From a phage: a stretch of DNA of 64,000 nucleotides. The translations under genes were made by a program, and so were the position numbers. Under the pieces are notes generated by a model. It did no database searches. It was not told the origin of the DNA and saw nothing but the letters and a program-made list of their open reading frames with translations. The stretch is from NCBI GenBank assembly GCA_025830695.1, contig GCA_025830695.1_4111.1; one strand, given 5' to 3'. This document shows positions 49,513-60,785 of the stretch, piece after piece. Positions within the stretch are counted from its first letter, which is position 1; each line of letters starts with the position of its first letter.

Positions 49513-49914
49513 ATGAAAAAGAATGACTTGATCAAAATGCTTCAAGAAATTGACGGCAATCCAGAGATTGTTATTTGGAATGGATACGTCGATGATTATA
49601 TGAACATCGAAAAAGGCTTGACTAAAATCACTCTAGTCAAAGAAACCGAACAGTTTCTTCAGGGTGCATTAGAGCACGAATGGTGTGAACGTAACAATAC
49701 ATTCGACATTCCAGAAGACCAACGAACCAAGATTGCAGAACGTGCTAAAGAACTGCATAAGAAACGTGAATACGATTTCCAGAACCCATATGTCACTGAA
49801 GACGAATTCAATCGCTGGTACGGTAAAAAGAAATTGATAAAGTATGTCCTTTCACCTAAACTACGTGGTAAGACTTCACTTGGTGTATTCAACGCCGCAG
49901 ACTTAAACTACTAA
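49513..49914 (+). CDS. hypothetical protein Confidence 0.5.
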   Translation: MKKNDLIKMLQEIDGNPEIVIWNGYVDDYMNIEKGLTKITLVKETEQFLQGALEHEWCERNNTFDIPEDQRTKIAERAKELHKKREYDFQNPYVTEDEFNRWYGKKKLIKYVLSPKLRGKTSLGVFNAADLNY

Positions 49915-49926
49915 GAGAGTATTTAA

Positions 49927-50694
<768 letters not shown>

Positions 50695-50696
50695 TA

Positions 50697-50753
<57 letters not shown>

Positions 50754-50838
50754 AGTAAGAGTAAAAATGAAAGTAAGTAAAAAAACTACCAAGCAGCTTG
50801 AAGAACTTTGTAGTGCTGCACCTATGCCGACTCTTGGC

Positions 50839-50939
<101 letters not shown>

Positions 50940-50951
50940 TATCTTACTTCT

Positions 50952-51041
<90 letters not shown>

Positions 51042-51047
51042 TACACT

Positions 51048-51473
51048 ATGAAATACAACATTGTTAAAATGGTGAACTATATATTAAAAAACAACGCATG
51101 GTCACTGCATGATGTACAATTAGAAGATATTGGTGAAGTTAGAGTATTTTGCTATGATCCAGATTTGAATCAAACCACAGATTTGAGTAAATGTTTTAAT
51201 ATTTTTCTTGGTTATGAATTCAATAATCATTTTTATTCATTTGATGTGTATTTTGAAAAAGTTATATTCAGAAGTTATGAATGTGATAATGAAGATTATG
51301 ATTATGATGATGAATCAATTGAATTGAATGTTAACGATATTGATACTGAAGAAAAATTCTTCCAGTACTGCCTCCTTAACGACACATTAGGATTAACATT
51401 TGAGGACATTAAAGCTATACTTAAAGTTCAAAAGTTGATTCCAGAAGAGGTTCTAAATCCATTAAATGACTAG
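51048..51473 (+). CDS. EE-FFQ-S family small protein (paralogue 16)
   Basis: TEEKFFQYCLLNDTLGLTFED. Confidence 0.55.
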   Translation: MKYNIVKMVNYILKNNAWSLHDVQLEDIGEVRVFCYDPDLNQTTDLSKCFNIFLGYEFNNHFYSFDVYFEKVIFRSYECDNEDYDYDDESIELNVNDIDTEEKFFQYCLLNDTLGLTFEDIKAILKVQKLIPEEVLNPLND

Positions 51474-51831
51474 TCTAATAGTACGTATAATGCAAGATGT
51501 TTGTAATAACCTTTATACAGGCAATTTTGACGATCCGAACATAAAAATATTATGTTATGATGGTTTTACAATGGTACATCCATCCTATTCAAATAATATC
51601 TACGTAGCATATACAGGTGAAAATCTATTATATCAATTTGATATATATAGTACAATGACAAAGATAATTTTGGATGCCTCTAAACCAGCAATCTTTATTG
51701 CTTCTCATGATTACCATTACACTGAAGAATCACTATTTCAGTACTCAATGATTAATGACATTGGTGGGTTGACATTGGATGAGGTTAATGCTATACTAGC
51801 TGTCTCACGTTTGGTTAAAACCCACAATTAG
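51466..51831 (+). CDS. EE-FFQ-S family small protein (paralogue 17)
   Basis: TEESLFQYSMINDIGGLTLDE. Confidence 0.55.
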   Translation: MTSLIVRIMQDVCNNLYTGNFDDPNIKILCYDGFTMVHPSYSNNIYVAYTGENLLYQFDIYSTMTKIILDASKPAIFIASHDYHYTEESLFQYSMINDIGGLTLDEVNAILAVSRLVKTHN

Positions 51832-51840
51832 GAGATTCAT

Positions 51841-52032
51841 ATGTTCTGGAATTTATTATGCTTGTTTGGTCGTACATTGGTTCTTGCTATTATTCATACA
51901 CCTGGTATTCGTAATTATGTTTCTTATGAATTTAAGAAAAATTATCACAACAATACTGAAGTTCGTACAACTAAGATGTGCAAAGACTTCAAGGTAGATG
52001 TTCCACCATTCAAGAAGTACGAGGATGAATAA
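51841..52032 (+). CDS. small hypothetical protein with hydrophobic N-terminus Confidence 0.45.
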   Translation: MFWNLLCLFGRTLVLAIIHTPGIRNYVSYEFKKNYHNNTEVRTTKMCKDFKVDVPPFKKYEDE

Positions 52033-52316
52033 TGGAATTCATTGTTGCACCTGATGAACTTAAAACATTCACGTTCAGAGATAATAACAATTATCCTTAT
52101 ACAAATCATTCATTGAATTCATTACATGTTATTGCAATCATTGCATCTGAATACAGGGATAATCCATGTATTGATTTTAAAACCACTGATGGCGAATATA
52201 CATGGGTGATCCCAAAAGATAAATATAGTTATCAAGGGGCAGTAGAAATTCGTGACTCGATTCTAAAACAAATCGAAGATGGAAATACTCATCCTAAACT
52301 AAACACTCAGTACTGA
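52032..52316 (+). CDS. hypothetical protein Confidence 0.5.
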   Translation: MEFIVAPDELKTFTFRDNNNYPYTNHSLNSLHVIAIIASEYRDNPCIDFKTTDGEYTWVIPKDKYSYQGAVEIRDSILKQIEDGNTHPKLNTQY

Positions 52317-52329
52317 AATCGTTTAACCC

Positions 52330-52385
52330 GATAGCTTCTAGTCAGTACTGATTCCTCCTTATGTATAGAAGCTATCACTTTTTTA
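52330..52385 (+). terminator. rho-independent terminator (long-loop hairpin)
   Basis: GATAGCTTCTA ... TAGAAGCTATC 11-bp stem + T-run. Confidence 0.45.
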
Positions 52386-52504
52386 CGTATAATGATATTA
52401 CCCTCAAATTCATTATATTCGTTACCCTCTAACAGTATCTTTTTATTCCTCTTGGATGCTGTAATTTAGAAGTTGACTTTTTAACTTCTACTGTGTTATA
52501 CTTA

Positions 52505-52533
52505 AGGCTGATTCGATGAATCGGCCTTTTTTC
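52505..52533 (+). terminator. rho-independent terminator
   Basis: GGCTGATTC-GAT-GAATCGGCC + T6. Confidence 0.6.
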
Positions 52534-52541
52534 TTATATAG

Positions 52542-52970
52542 GTGAATGCAATGAGTTATTTGTTTACTTTAATTGATAAGTATGTTGACATTGTATACCG
52601 TCAAGTTTGTAGTGATACGTTTGAAACAAAAAACCCAATTAGAGATGGCATTTTTGATGTTGTCGTTGGATCATTTTTGAATGGATACACCGAGACATTA
52701 TACAACAGTAATAATATTTTTATTTCAGTTCAATCCAGACATACATCAGACTATGCTGTTAGCATTGATATTTGGGAAAATAATATAGAAATAGATATAA
52801 CGGAACATACTAACATTCATGTTGATGATACATTTAATCAATTAACTGAAGAAATGTACTTGCAGTTGAATTTTGTACATGATCTTACAAATATCAGTTA
52901 TGATACATTAAGGAAAATATGTTTTCTTAGTGGGGCGATCCGTAGTAATATGAGTAAGGATGGGAAGTGA
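52542..52970 (+). CDS. EE-FFQ-S family small protein (paralogue 18, divergent)
   Basis: TEEMYLQLNFVHDLTNISYD. Confidence 0.45.
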   Translation: MNAMSYLFTLIDKYVDIVYRQVCSDTFETKNPIRDGIFDVVVGSFLNGYTETLYNSNNIFISVQSRHTSDYAVSIDIWENNIEIDITEHTNIHVDDTFNQLTEEMYLQLNFVHDLTNISYDTLRKICFLSGAIRSNMSKDGK

Positions 52971-52971
52971 A

Positions 52972-53388
52972 ATGTTAAAAATTCCACCTAAGTCGTTAAC
53001 ACATCTTATTGAATGTGGTGTAATATTTTCCGAAGGTGATACCTCATCATACACATTGGTCGATGAACCTTATAATTTTTCATACCAATCTTATAAAAAT
53101 AATTCTAAAATTTCTTGTAGAGATGCTGAAAACATATTAATAGATGTTTCGTTACATAATGTTCCGAAATTTTACATTGATATCTTTGGTGATTCTTTGA
53201 CAATTCGAACATATGATTATTTTATTAATAACGACCTCTTGAGTCTTCCAATTGAACATGATACTATAGATTCAGAGATGTTCTTTCAACTATCAACAGT
53301 TTACGATTTACAGGGTTTAACTGTTGAGCAGTTGAATGGAATATTTGAGATTTCACGAAACATACGAAGCAGGAATAAAAATGTCTAA
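52972..53388 (+). CDS. EE-FFQ-S family small protein (paralogue 19)
   Basis: DSEMFFQLSTVYDLQGLTVE; internal ATG of track ORF 52960..53388. Confidence 0.55.
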   Translation: MLKIPPKSLTHLIECGVIFSEGDTSSYTLVDEPYNFSYQSYKNNSKISCRDAENILIDVSLHNVPKFYIDIFGDSLTIRTYDYFINNDLLSLPIEHDTIDSEMFFQLSTVYDLQGLTVEQLNGIFEISRNIRSRNKNV

Positions 53389-53797
53389 TATTTTAAATGA
53401 AAAAACAGTTGATGTTGTTATTGGTGTTCTTAACACCGCAACTTCATTTCAGAAGAAACACAGTACTGTATACTTCGGTGACGATTGTTGGCTGAACTAT
53501 ACATCTGATAATTCGTTTATAATTCGTGTTGAGAAGGGTGATATTGGATTAACGATACATGCTTCCCACACTAAAACTGATAAGAAAATCACTGTTATTG
53601 CAAACAAGCCAAGTGTCTCAGATTTCTGGGATAGAATTGATGATTGCGACCATTTCATGTCAACATTCTATAAAACAGAAGAAGAACATTTCATGGATAG
53701 TACGGTCAAAGAATTAGCTATTCCATTTAAACTTATGAAAGCAGTAAGAGATTTTATTTTAAAATACAAAAAAATAGGAGTTACTAATGCAATTTAA
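53381..53797 (+). CDS. EE-FFQ-S family small protein (paralogue 20, divergent)
   Basis: TEEEHFMDSTVKE; internal ATG of track ORF 53336..53797 with AGGAAT RBS. Confidence 0.45.
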   Translation: MSNILNEKTVDVVIGVLNTATSFQKKHSTVYFGDDCWLNYTSDNSFIIRVEKGDIGLTIHASHTKTDKKITVIANKPSVSDFWDRIDDCDHFMSTFYKTEEEHFMDSTVKELAIPFKLMKAVRDFILKYKKIGVTNAI

Positions 53798-54233
53798 TGG
53801 TAAAGTTTCCAAAGTAGGTTTGGTTTTTGAAAACTGTGAATTTGTTGATATTGATGTAAAGAATGTTTTATGGATGCATATTGCTGATGAGAAGACTCTT
53901 TGTAGCCGTTTTTCAAACGGACTGACAATTAGTACTGTTATCGGTGAGTTCGGTATTGCATTACGCAGCAATACACCATCGGATTTCATGGACAACTCTA
54001 CACTGTTAGACCGTTTAAAAATGCGTGACGTTACACATGTTTATCTATATGATACTAACGGTGTTGAACAGCGTTATGTAGTTGAATGGGCTAATTATAA
54101 CCTTAGTGATCAATATTCAGTAAACCAGCGTGTTCAACTCACCCCTGGTGGTAATATTGTGTTTGTTAGTTCAACTGGTAAATTAATCAGTGTAGATGAT
54201 AAAAACATTGACCTATTCACCGCATATAACTAA
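53787..54233 (+). CDS. hypothetical protein Confidence 0.5.
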   Translation: MQFNGKVSKVGLVFENCEFVDIDVKNVLWMHIADEKTLCSRFSNGLTISTVIGEFGIALRSNTPSDFMDNSTLLDRLKMRDVTHVYLYDTNGVEQRYVVEWANYNLSDQYSVNQRVQLTPGGNIVFVSSTGKLISVDDKNIDLFTAYN

Positions 54234-54244
54234 TACGAGCTTCC

Positions 54245-54664
54245 ATGAAAACAATCCAAATTCATTTCAAAGACACTTGGACAGAAGTAAGTACTGGTAA
54301 TATTCAGGATATTTTATATAGTACTGAAACTATTCATGTTTATGATGAAGAGACTGCTTCCGAGCAGTTAAAAGTTTTGCATCGTAGTGTTGGTGTGCAC
54401 ACTGAATATGGCATTAAACATACTCGTGAATTACTTAATACTAATCACATTGAAACCCGTAAAGCAAACTTATCAAAAGAAGAAATGTTCGATTTCATCC
54501 TGAACCATAAAGTTCATATTGAGCCTGATGGGTCTATATGGGAGAACACTGCTGGACAAAAAGTGCTGAAAAAATATCATGTTTCAATTGATAATGTAAA
54601 AATGTCAGGGTATGATTTGGAAGATGCAATTAATGAATATGTATCTAGGCAGAGGGCAAATTGA
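54245..54664 (+). CDS. hypothetical protein Confidence 0.5.
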   Translation: MKTIQIHFKDTWTEVSTGNIQDILYSTETIHVYDEETASEQLKVLHRSVGVHTEYGIKHTRELLNTNHIETRKANLSKEEMFDFILNHKVHIEPDGSIWENTAGQKVLKKYHVSIDNVKMSGYDLEDAINEYVSRQRAN

Positions 54665-55035
54665 TGAGCTTGATAACATTTACAATTATTTGTTGCATTA
54701 CTATTGTACTTTGTCGCCTGATTCATGTATACTCATATCATAAAGCGTTGCGAATCGAACAAGAGATTTACAACGAAAACCGAGAACCAGAACCAGTCAA
54801 GAAGCCACCATCACCTTATGGGTTGAAACGTGAGATGCATTCTCAAAGTAAAAAGTGGGGTTATGCAATTACTAAAAATGGCTACATCTATACTGCAAGT
54901 AATGGTTATTTTCAAATTCACCACGAATTAGAAGTGGCAGTTCAAATTTTGTGGGAGATGGAGGACATTGGTGGTTATGAGCGTACTAAGTTTGAATTCA
55001 TATCAAATGATCCAGGAACTTCACGAGAAACATGA
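54661..55035 (+). CDS. membrane-anchored hypothetical protein
   Basis: N-terminal TM. Confidence 0.5.
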   Translation: MMSLITFTIICCITIVLCRLIHVYSYHKALRIEQEIYNENREPEPVKKPPSPYGLKREMHSQSKKWGYAITKNGYIYTASNGYFQIHHELEVAVQILWEMEDIGGYERTKFEFISNDPGTSRET

Positions 55036-55180
55036 TATAATTGTTGATGTGGAGAAGAAGGAAGTCGTTATGAAAAAGCAAGCATATAGAATTTTAGAAG
55101 ACTTCCATCTAAAAGCATTTATAATGAAGTTCTGTACAGATGAACATCTTACCGGACGAGTAATACGTAAGGAGTTGTAA

Positions 55181-55522
55181 ATGAACTTAAGTTCAACAAT
55201 TCAGTACTTGAGCAGTAACTTCGAGAAAATTATTTCTCGCGGTGGGATGATTGTACACCCAGAAACAGAGGAAATGTACATCATTGGATTTGATAAAAAT
55301 TCTTATGATCAAGTACTTGTAATTTCCAAGTTAGAAAGTTATAATGAAGTTGTTCAGTTTTGCTGTACCGAATTTGGTATCTATATTAAAGACGCTGAAA
55401 CTAATACAATTTCGCATTATTTTTACCACACACTGATGGGTACTAAAGACTTCGGCTTGAAGTTCGATGATTTAGTACAATGTCACTATATGTTTAAAAC
55501 CTTCCCAGCTAGTGGGCATTAA
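55181..55522 (+). CDS. hypothetical protein Confidence 0.5.
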   Translation: MNLSSTIQYLSSNFEKIISRGGMIVHPETEEMYIIGFDKNSYDQVLVISKLESYNEVVQFCCTEFGIYIKDAETNTISHYFYHTLMGTKDFGLKFDDLVQCHYMFKTFPASGH

Positions 55523-55535
55523 GGAGTATATCAAT

Positions 55536-56324
55536 ATGAGCAACATTTTCTTCAAAACTATTTCTTTCAAAAAAGCATCTTACTCCTACGCCTACGTTGA
55601 TGGTAAAGTGCTTAATATTGTACTGGATGGTGTTGACGTACCAGTTGAATTTAAAACACATGAAGAAGCAGTTGAAGGTGCTAAAGAATTGAATTCAATT
55701 CTTAATGGTGAAGTAAGTCAAAAACAACATGTAAAATCTGATTTAGATGTACTTTTGGAAAAAATCAAAACTGGTGAAGTATTAGAAATTTTAGACAACT
55801 GTAATGAAAAACTTCGTAATGTAGTTAATAATGTTCGTGACCAGATTCAAGAAAAAGCACTAGAGCAAGCATTCAAACATGTATCCAAGAATGCTGAATC
55901 TCGTATTGACGGTATGGTTAAAAATCTTGATGATGTACTATCTCATCTCTTTACTAAAGAATACGAACAAGAAGTTGAAGAAGAACCAGTAAAAGAAACT
56001 AAAAAAGAAAAACGTAGCTTTGGCTCAGGTGATGATGTGTTTGGTTTTACGAATGTCCGAACAAGTGCAGATGAACCAAAAGAAATTAGTGAGATGCTCA
56101 TTGGTGACATGACAACTAAGCAGCTTCGTAATGAAATTGACAAGTTTGTAACTAGTTGTATCAAATCAGAACGTGCACAAAGTATGTTTAAAAGCATTAG
56201 TGAGAACTTTGGTCCAGAAGCAACTGAGCAGGCACTAACTGCATTTAAAGAATTGATTTATAATGTAGCCATTAGCAATCCAGATAAAACACTTGAAGAA
56301 GTTCTACGTGACAATTTCAAATAA
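55536..56324 (+). CDS. hypothetical acidic protein
   Basis: internal ATG of track ORF 55512..56324 with AAGGAG RBS. Confidence 0.5.
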   Translation: MSNIFFKTISFKKASYSYAYVDGKVLNIVLDGVDVPVEFKTHEEAVEGAKELNSILNGEVSQKQHVKSDLDVLLEKIKTGEVLEILDNCNEKLRNVVNNVRDQIQEKALEQAFKHVSKNAESRIDGMVKNLDDVLSHLFTKEYEQEVEEEPVKETKKEKRSFGSGDDVFGFTNVRTSADEPKEISEMLIGDMTTKQLRNEIDKFVTSCIKSERAQSMFKSISENFGPEATEQALTAFKELIYNVAISNPDKTLEEVLRDNFK

Positions 56325-56338
56325 TTAGATAAAATTAA

Positions 56339-56367
56339 AGCCACTACAATGTAGTGGCTTTTTTTAT
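56339..56367. terminator. bidirectional rho-independent terminator
   Basis: GCCACTACA-ATG-TAGTGGC flanked by A/T runs, between convergent genes. Confidence 0.7.
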
Positions 56368-57521
56368 TATGCGTTGTAACCAACTATTACGACTGAGCAG
56401 TCAAGCGGTTCTACTACTTTAAGAATTACATTATCATCTTCATCCACTTGTATTTCACTATGAACTACATGATTGTCTGAAGAATATAATTGAACTTGTG
56501 GTAGTGCTTTACCATGTTCAGTTACTGGAACTGAGATAGAGTACATAGAGTCTTCACCGAGAACCCACTCACTTAAAGTATATTCTTTATGGAAAGGAGT
56601 AGTATGCAGTGTTTTTCCGATTATACTCAAAGAAACAGGTAAATTGTCAGTTTGATACACAGTAATATTACCTTCTGCGTCTACAGAAAGATCTACACCA
56701 ACTTGATATAAGTCACCACTGTATGCTTGAAGTGCTAAGTACTGTCCACGATCATGAACATCAAATGGAACAACCGCAGAAAATACACCTTCCGAAACAG
56801 GTTCAAATTGGGATAGAAGAACTGATGTAACAAAATCAATATCCTCACCACTTTCAAGAACATCAAATTCCACCACTTTAGTGTTATAATATGGAGAAGT
56901 GAGTGTAGCAGTACCTTTTCCTGATTGTGTGATAACATCAACTGGAATTGTAAATGCATCATTAACAAATTGGGTAGTAAAGTATTCTGTTCCGTCTGGT
57001 AATACGATTGTTATTACCATACCGTTAGTATCAATTTCTGAACCAGTATTGAATAATTTACCACTAATTGAGTCATTACCAACAAATACTGGTGAAATGA
57101 GAATATTATCTATATCACGATCTATAATACCACATTCAGGTGTATACATATGATACAAGGTTTGTGAACTACCTAAAATTGTTCTATGTAGCATGAATTT
57201 ATATACAAATCCAGTATCAGTTTCTTGTGGCTCTTCAGAATATCCACGAACAAAGAAACAATTTTTATTAATTTCACTTAATAGTTGGTCATTAGTTTTA
57301 TTGTAATTTAATAGATAACCTTTATTATCTTTAGTTGTTATTTGTACTTTACGATATATTATATTAGTTCTTGGATCAACTAAATCATATAATCTATGGC
57401 TTCTTTGGCGATAGATTCTAATATTTTTTAGTCTAGTTCCATCATTGAGGATTGCACCATCAACAACATAACCACATTCACCAAACTTATAGCGTCCAGC
57501 CGCAGCAATTGACCTTGACAT
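56367..57521 (-). CDS. hypothetical protein (the only sizeable minus-strand gene in this stretch; possibly structural)
   Basis: 384-aa ORF; ATG with GGAGGG RBS on the minus strand. Confidence 0.6.
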   Translation of the reverse strand: MSRSIAAAGRYKFGECGYVVDGAILNDGTRLKNIRIYRQRSHRLYDLVDPRTNIIYRKVQITTKDNKGYLLNYNKTNDQLLSEINKNCFFVRGYSEEPQETDTGFVYKFMLHRTILGSSQTLYHMYTPECGIIDRDIDNILISPVFVGNDSISGKLFNTGSEIDTNGMVITIVLPDGTEYFTTQFVNDAFTIPVDVITQSGKGTATLTSPYYNTKVVEFDVLESGEDIDFVTSVLLSQFEPVSEGVFSAVVPFDVHDRGQYLALQAYSGDLYQVGVDLSVDAEGNITVYQTDNLPVSLSIIGKTLHTTPFHKEYTLSEWVLGEDSMYSISVPVTEHGKALPQVQLYSSDNHVVHSEIQVDEDDNVILKVVEPLDCSVVIVGYNA

Positions 57522-57581
57522 TTATCCCTCCATTGGTATAATTATTATAACGTATTTATTATGCATATCCAAAAAATGAGC

Positions 57582-57610
57582 TTGACTGGTGTATGATTTG
57601 GTGTTATCAT
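57582..57610 (+). promoter_or_regulatory. sigma-70-like promoter (TTGACT-17-TATCAT) Confidence 0.4.
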
Positions 57611-57637
57611 GTAGTGAATGAATAATGAGGTGTTTTT

Positions 57638-58222
57638 ATGAATGTTATTGATAATAGATTAGTACTGAAAAATGGAAAAATGACTGTTAAGTTATATAAA
57701 GATGAAGCTGATTCTTTTATGGCAAAAGCGATTGAAAAATCAGAACGATATAAACTTTTGGCTCCAGCAAGTAAATCGCCATATGGTTTTAATCATGCAC
57801 ATAGTCATTTTGTTGGTATGGTGTGTGAGCACGCATCTTTAGTACTTTTTAATGAAATTGAAAACAATACTGGTATTAAACTTAATATCGATCCAGCATT
57901 CCAAAATGAAGCACGTGACGGTGAATGTGATATTAAGGTAAACAACCTTCGTATTGAAGTAAAAGGTATCAAGTATAAATCATGGACTGACTTTGGACCA
58001 TGTGTTAGTACTCGACAGTTAAAAAATATCCAGAAAAAAGCTGACGTAATACTATGGGTATTGTATAATGAGAAAAAACAAGAGTTCACGTTTGAGGGAT
58101 TCAACTATGTAAAAGATATTAGTTCTATCCCAGTTATCCTCACTGGTGTACCAGGGCGACCAATGATTGAAAATCACCCAGTACTCGGTATTATGAAACC
58201 ACTACAGGAGTTACCATTGTGA
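57638..58222 (+). CDS. hypothetical protein with possible PD-(D/E)xK nuclease motif
   Basis: DGECD-x8-EVK pattern. Confidence 0.5.
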   Translation: MNVIDNRLVLKNGKMTVKLYKDEADSFMAKAIEKSERYKLLAPASKSPYGFNHAHSHFVGMVCEHASLVLFNEIENNTGIKLNIDPAFQNEARDGECDIKVNNLRIEVKGIKYKSWTDFGPCVSTRQLKNIQKKADVILWVLYNEKKQEFTFEGFNYVKDISSIPVILTGVPGRPMIENHPVLGIMKPLQELPL

Positions 58223-58446
58223 TTACTGCAACTGTATATCAAGATATCAATGAAGAATTTCATTCTAAAATTGCGTTCTTATCATTTCCTGTACTCCCAG
58301 CAGTTGGGTCAACGTTGAATCTTACCATTTGTGGTTTTGAGAAATATTATAAAGTACTAGATATTGAGTACTGTGCTGATGTATATTCATGTAATAGTGA
58401 AATTGCAATTCCAGTATCAATCGATATTATTGTAAAAGAGGTTTGA
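58219..58446 (+). CDS. hypothetical protein Confidence 0.45.
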   Translation: MITATVYQDINEEFHSKIAFLSFPVLPAVGSTLNLTICGFEKYYKVLDIEYCADVYSCNSEIAIPVSIDIIVKEV

Positions 58447-58448
58447 TT

Positions 58449-58904
58449 ATGTTTAAGAATTTTATGGTTATCGTAGCAGTACTGTTTGGTACATCATGTT
58501 TCATTTCCCCAGTACACGCAGAAGAACAACGTCAAACTATTAAAACTATTGGGACTGGTAAAACTCCCCCTAAACGTACTGCTGAAGAATACATGCCTGA
58601 AATGCGTGAACGTTATCGTCAGACATACAGGGAAAAACATGCTAATGATAAACCCATCAAGAAGCATAAATGGGAAGTTGTTAAATCTCCTTCATTTTGT
58701 GCTGGATATGCTAAAGTAAAGATTGAGCAGCACAAAAACCAGTACTATAAAGATATGTATTCCTTCTATGACTCCAGAATTTCTGACACAGATATGATGG
58801 CAGGGAAGGTTGATAAAGAAGAATTTCTACAAGGCTATGATATGATGGACGATGACAAAATCATGGAATGCGTTGAAGTGTATGAAAAATACAGAGGCTT
58901 CTGA
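58449..58904 (+). CDS. secreted/periplasmic hypothetical protein
   Basis: N-terminal signal-peptide-like segment MFKNFMVIVAVLFGTSCFISPVHA. Confidence 0.5.
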   Translation: MFKNFMVIVAVLFGTSCFISPVHAEEQRQTIKTIGTGKTPPKRTAEEYMPEMRERYRQTYREKHANDKPIKKHKWEVVKSPSFCAGYAKVKIEQHKNQYYKDMYSFYDSRISDTDMMAGKVDKEEFLQGYDMMDDDKIMECVEVYEKYRGF

Positions 58905-59380
58905 TGTTAACAATAGTGTTGTTGGTAAGTCCATTTGTGTATTTTGTGCTGTATAATATTTTTAGTAATGCTAATCATTTTAAATATGCACAAACAATTG
59001 CAAAGCATGAAGGTTTTTGGAATTTTTTCCCAGCATTACTATGCTCATATCTATACCATGAACGCTATTTCATTTTTCCTGAATATAAAAATTATGGTTA
59101 TGATTCTAAAGTAAATGGTATAATTGAGTACTGTATAAGAAATTATCTTAATAATAATGATAACGTCCAAGTAAGAATAGGAAATGGTAATATATCAAGA
59201 ATAGTTTTCATACCTGATATACAAGATCCAATATACTTATATCCATATGATTATAGTATTAGTGTAGGTTGTTCGATACATGGTAGTAAATCTATGTACG
59301 ATTACTTTATCTTACCACCAACACAAATTAGATTAATAGAAAAATATTTGAGGGAAAAGTTTGACAACAAAGATTCTTAG
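58904..59380 (+). CDS. membrane-anchored hypothetical protein Confidence 0.5.
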   Translation: MLTIVLLVSPFVYFVLYNIFSNANHFKYAQTIAKHEGFWNFFPALLCSYLYHERYFIFPEYKNYGYDSKVNGIIEYCIRNYLNNNDNVQVRIGNGNISRIVFIPDIQDPIYLYPYDYSISVGCSIHGSKSMYDYFILPPTQIRLIEKYLREKFDNKDS

Positions 59381-59421
59381 TATTATAATTAACACACCAA
59401 GTAACCCAAGGGGGGTGGAAA

Positions 59422-59880
59422 ATGGATGTATTAGCTACAAATTTCAAACGTAATGTTGAAGAGCGTGAAGGTTATTTTAGTATTAGTGAAGTTGTCGATG
59501 ACAATTTTAAACAATACATTTTTAATAGTGCAATTAAATTAAAATGCACAAAAGATTCACCTGATCGTAGCTTTACTAAATGGATTGCGTATTGGGAAGA
59601 TTCACCAGTTGCAATTGAAATGACTGTGATTACAACAGTACTTGAAACTGGTTACATCAAAGCCATTATAGTTGATAAGAAAGTCCGTACTCTTGATGAA
59701 ATTAATCCATATCCAGCCCGAAATTCTAAAGTTTTTGGTGTGTTGGTTGATGGTAAATTTATGATAGAAAAAGATGCAAAGGAATATGTAATTAATAAAC
59801 TTCAAACTACATCAGAAAAAAAGGAAGTAGTGGACCAAAACTCTGTTGATGCAATCAAAAAAGCATGGGGACTAAAGTAA
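59422..59880 (+). CDS. hypothetical protein Confidence 0.5.
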   Translation: MDVLATNFKRNVEEREGYFSISEVVDDNFKQYIFNSAIKLKCTKDSPDRSFTKWIAYWEDSPVAIEMTVITTVLETGYIKAIIVDKKVRTLDEINPYPARNSKVFGVLVDGKFMIEKDAKEYVINKLQTTSEKKEVVDQNSVDAIKKAWGLK

Positions 59881-59881
59881 T

Positions 59882-60304
59882 ATGTTCACACTAAGTAATG
59901 CAAAATATCTTTTTCTTATTAGTATTATTGGTTGGGTTATGGCTCCAGTGCTAAATGCACTGGGGTTTTCCGATGAACATAAACTTTTAAATGTTTCAGG
60001 TTTAATTCAGGGTATTTCATGGTATACATTAATTACATTTTCAGTGTGCATCAATACATTTGCCCGTGATTATCGACGTTTGTTATATCTGAAAGTATTT
60101 GGAACTACACGATATAGTTTTGTTTACACTTTCATTTTAGTACCGTGTATGTTATATGCATTTGTATTTGATTACTATACATATCTATGGGTATGTGGAA
60201 CTATGTTTGTTATGTTGGAATACATCAGAACTGTTCAAAACTCATATGCCGATGAGTTTCATGATCTAGAAGTTAAACGAAAATTAACGGAGCTAAACAA
60301 ATGA
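59882..60304 (+). CDS. multi-pass membrane protein Confidence 0.5.
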   Translation: MFTLSNAKYLFLISIIGWVMAPVLNALGFSDEHKLLNVSGLIQGISWYTLITFSVCINTFARDYRRLLYLKVFGTTRYSFVYTFILVPCMLYAFVFDYYTYLWVCGTMFVMLEYIRTVQNSYADEFHDLEVKRKLTELNK

Positions 60305-60726
60305 GAGGCTATAATAAGATTTGTATTTTTGTATTTTTAGTTTGTGCATTCAATTCGTTTGGTTACTACTGTACAGAAAATAATATTTCATATGGTTTAA
60401 ATCCTTTGTGGTTTACAATTTCCAATGTAGCACAAATTGGTATTGCTCTTATGTCTGCACTTATGTTCTGTCCAATTGTCACTATGGATACTGATCATGA
60501 AAGGCTTGGATTTCTCCGTGATACTGGAGACGAACCTTACAGTAGATTGATTGTGTTGTATCCATTTATTGTTATTTTAGGTACTAACATCCAACTTGGG
60601 TCATTATCTAATAGTGTTACATCAGCAGCTATTGCTATATTTGCATTCACATTTTTTATGGTACACAAATCAGTACTTAATTGGTATATCACAAAAATGG
60701 CAGAAGAAGGTACTAAAAATACTTGA
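60301..60726 (+). CDS. multi-pass membrane protein Confidence 0.5.
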   Translation: MRGYNKICIFVFLVCAFNSFGYYCTENNISYGLNPLWFTISNVAQIGIALMSALMFCPIVTMDTDHERLGFLRDTGDEPYSRLIVLYPFIVILGTNIQLGSLSNSVTSAAIAIFAFTFFMVHKSVLNWYITKMAEEGTKNT

Positions 60727-60751
60727 CATAATTTAGTATGTTATATATAAT
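60723..60751 (+). promoter_or_regulatory. sigma-70-like promoter (TTGACA-17-TATAAT) Confidence 0.6.
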
Positions 60752-60785
60752 TATTTTGTTAAAAACAAATTAGAGTAAGGAACTT

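Noticed and set aside
57522-57570. T4 late promoter upstream of the minus-strand gene 56367..57521
   Set aside because: Only ATAATAAATA is present, not an exact TATAAATA box; noted as a finding but not annotated as a promoter.
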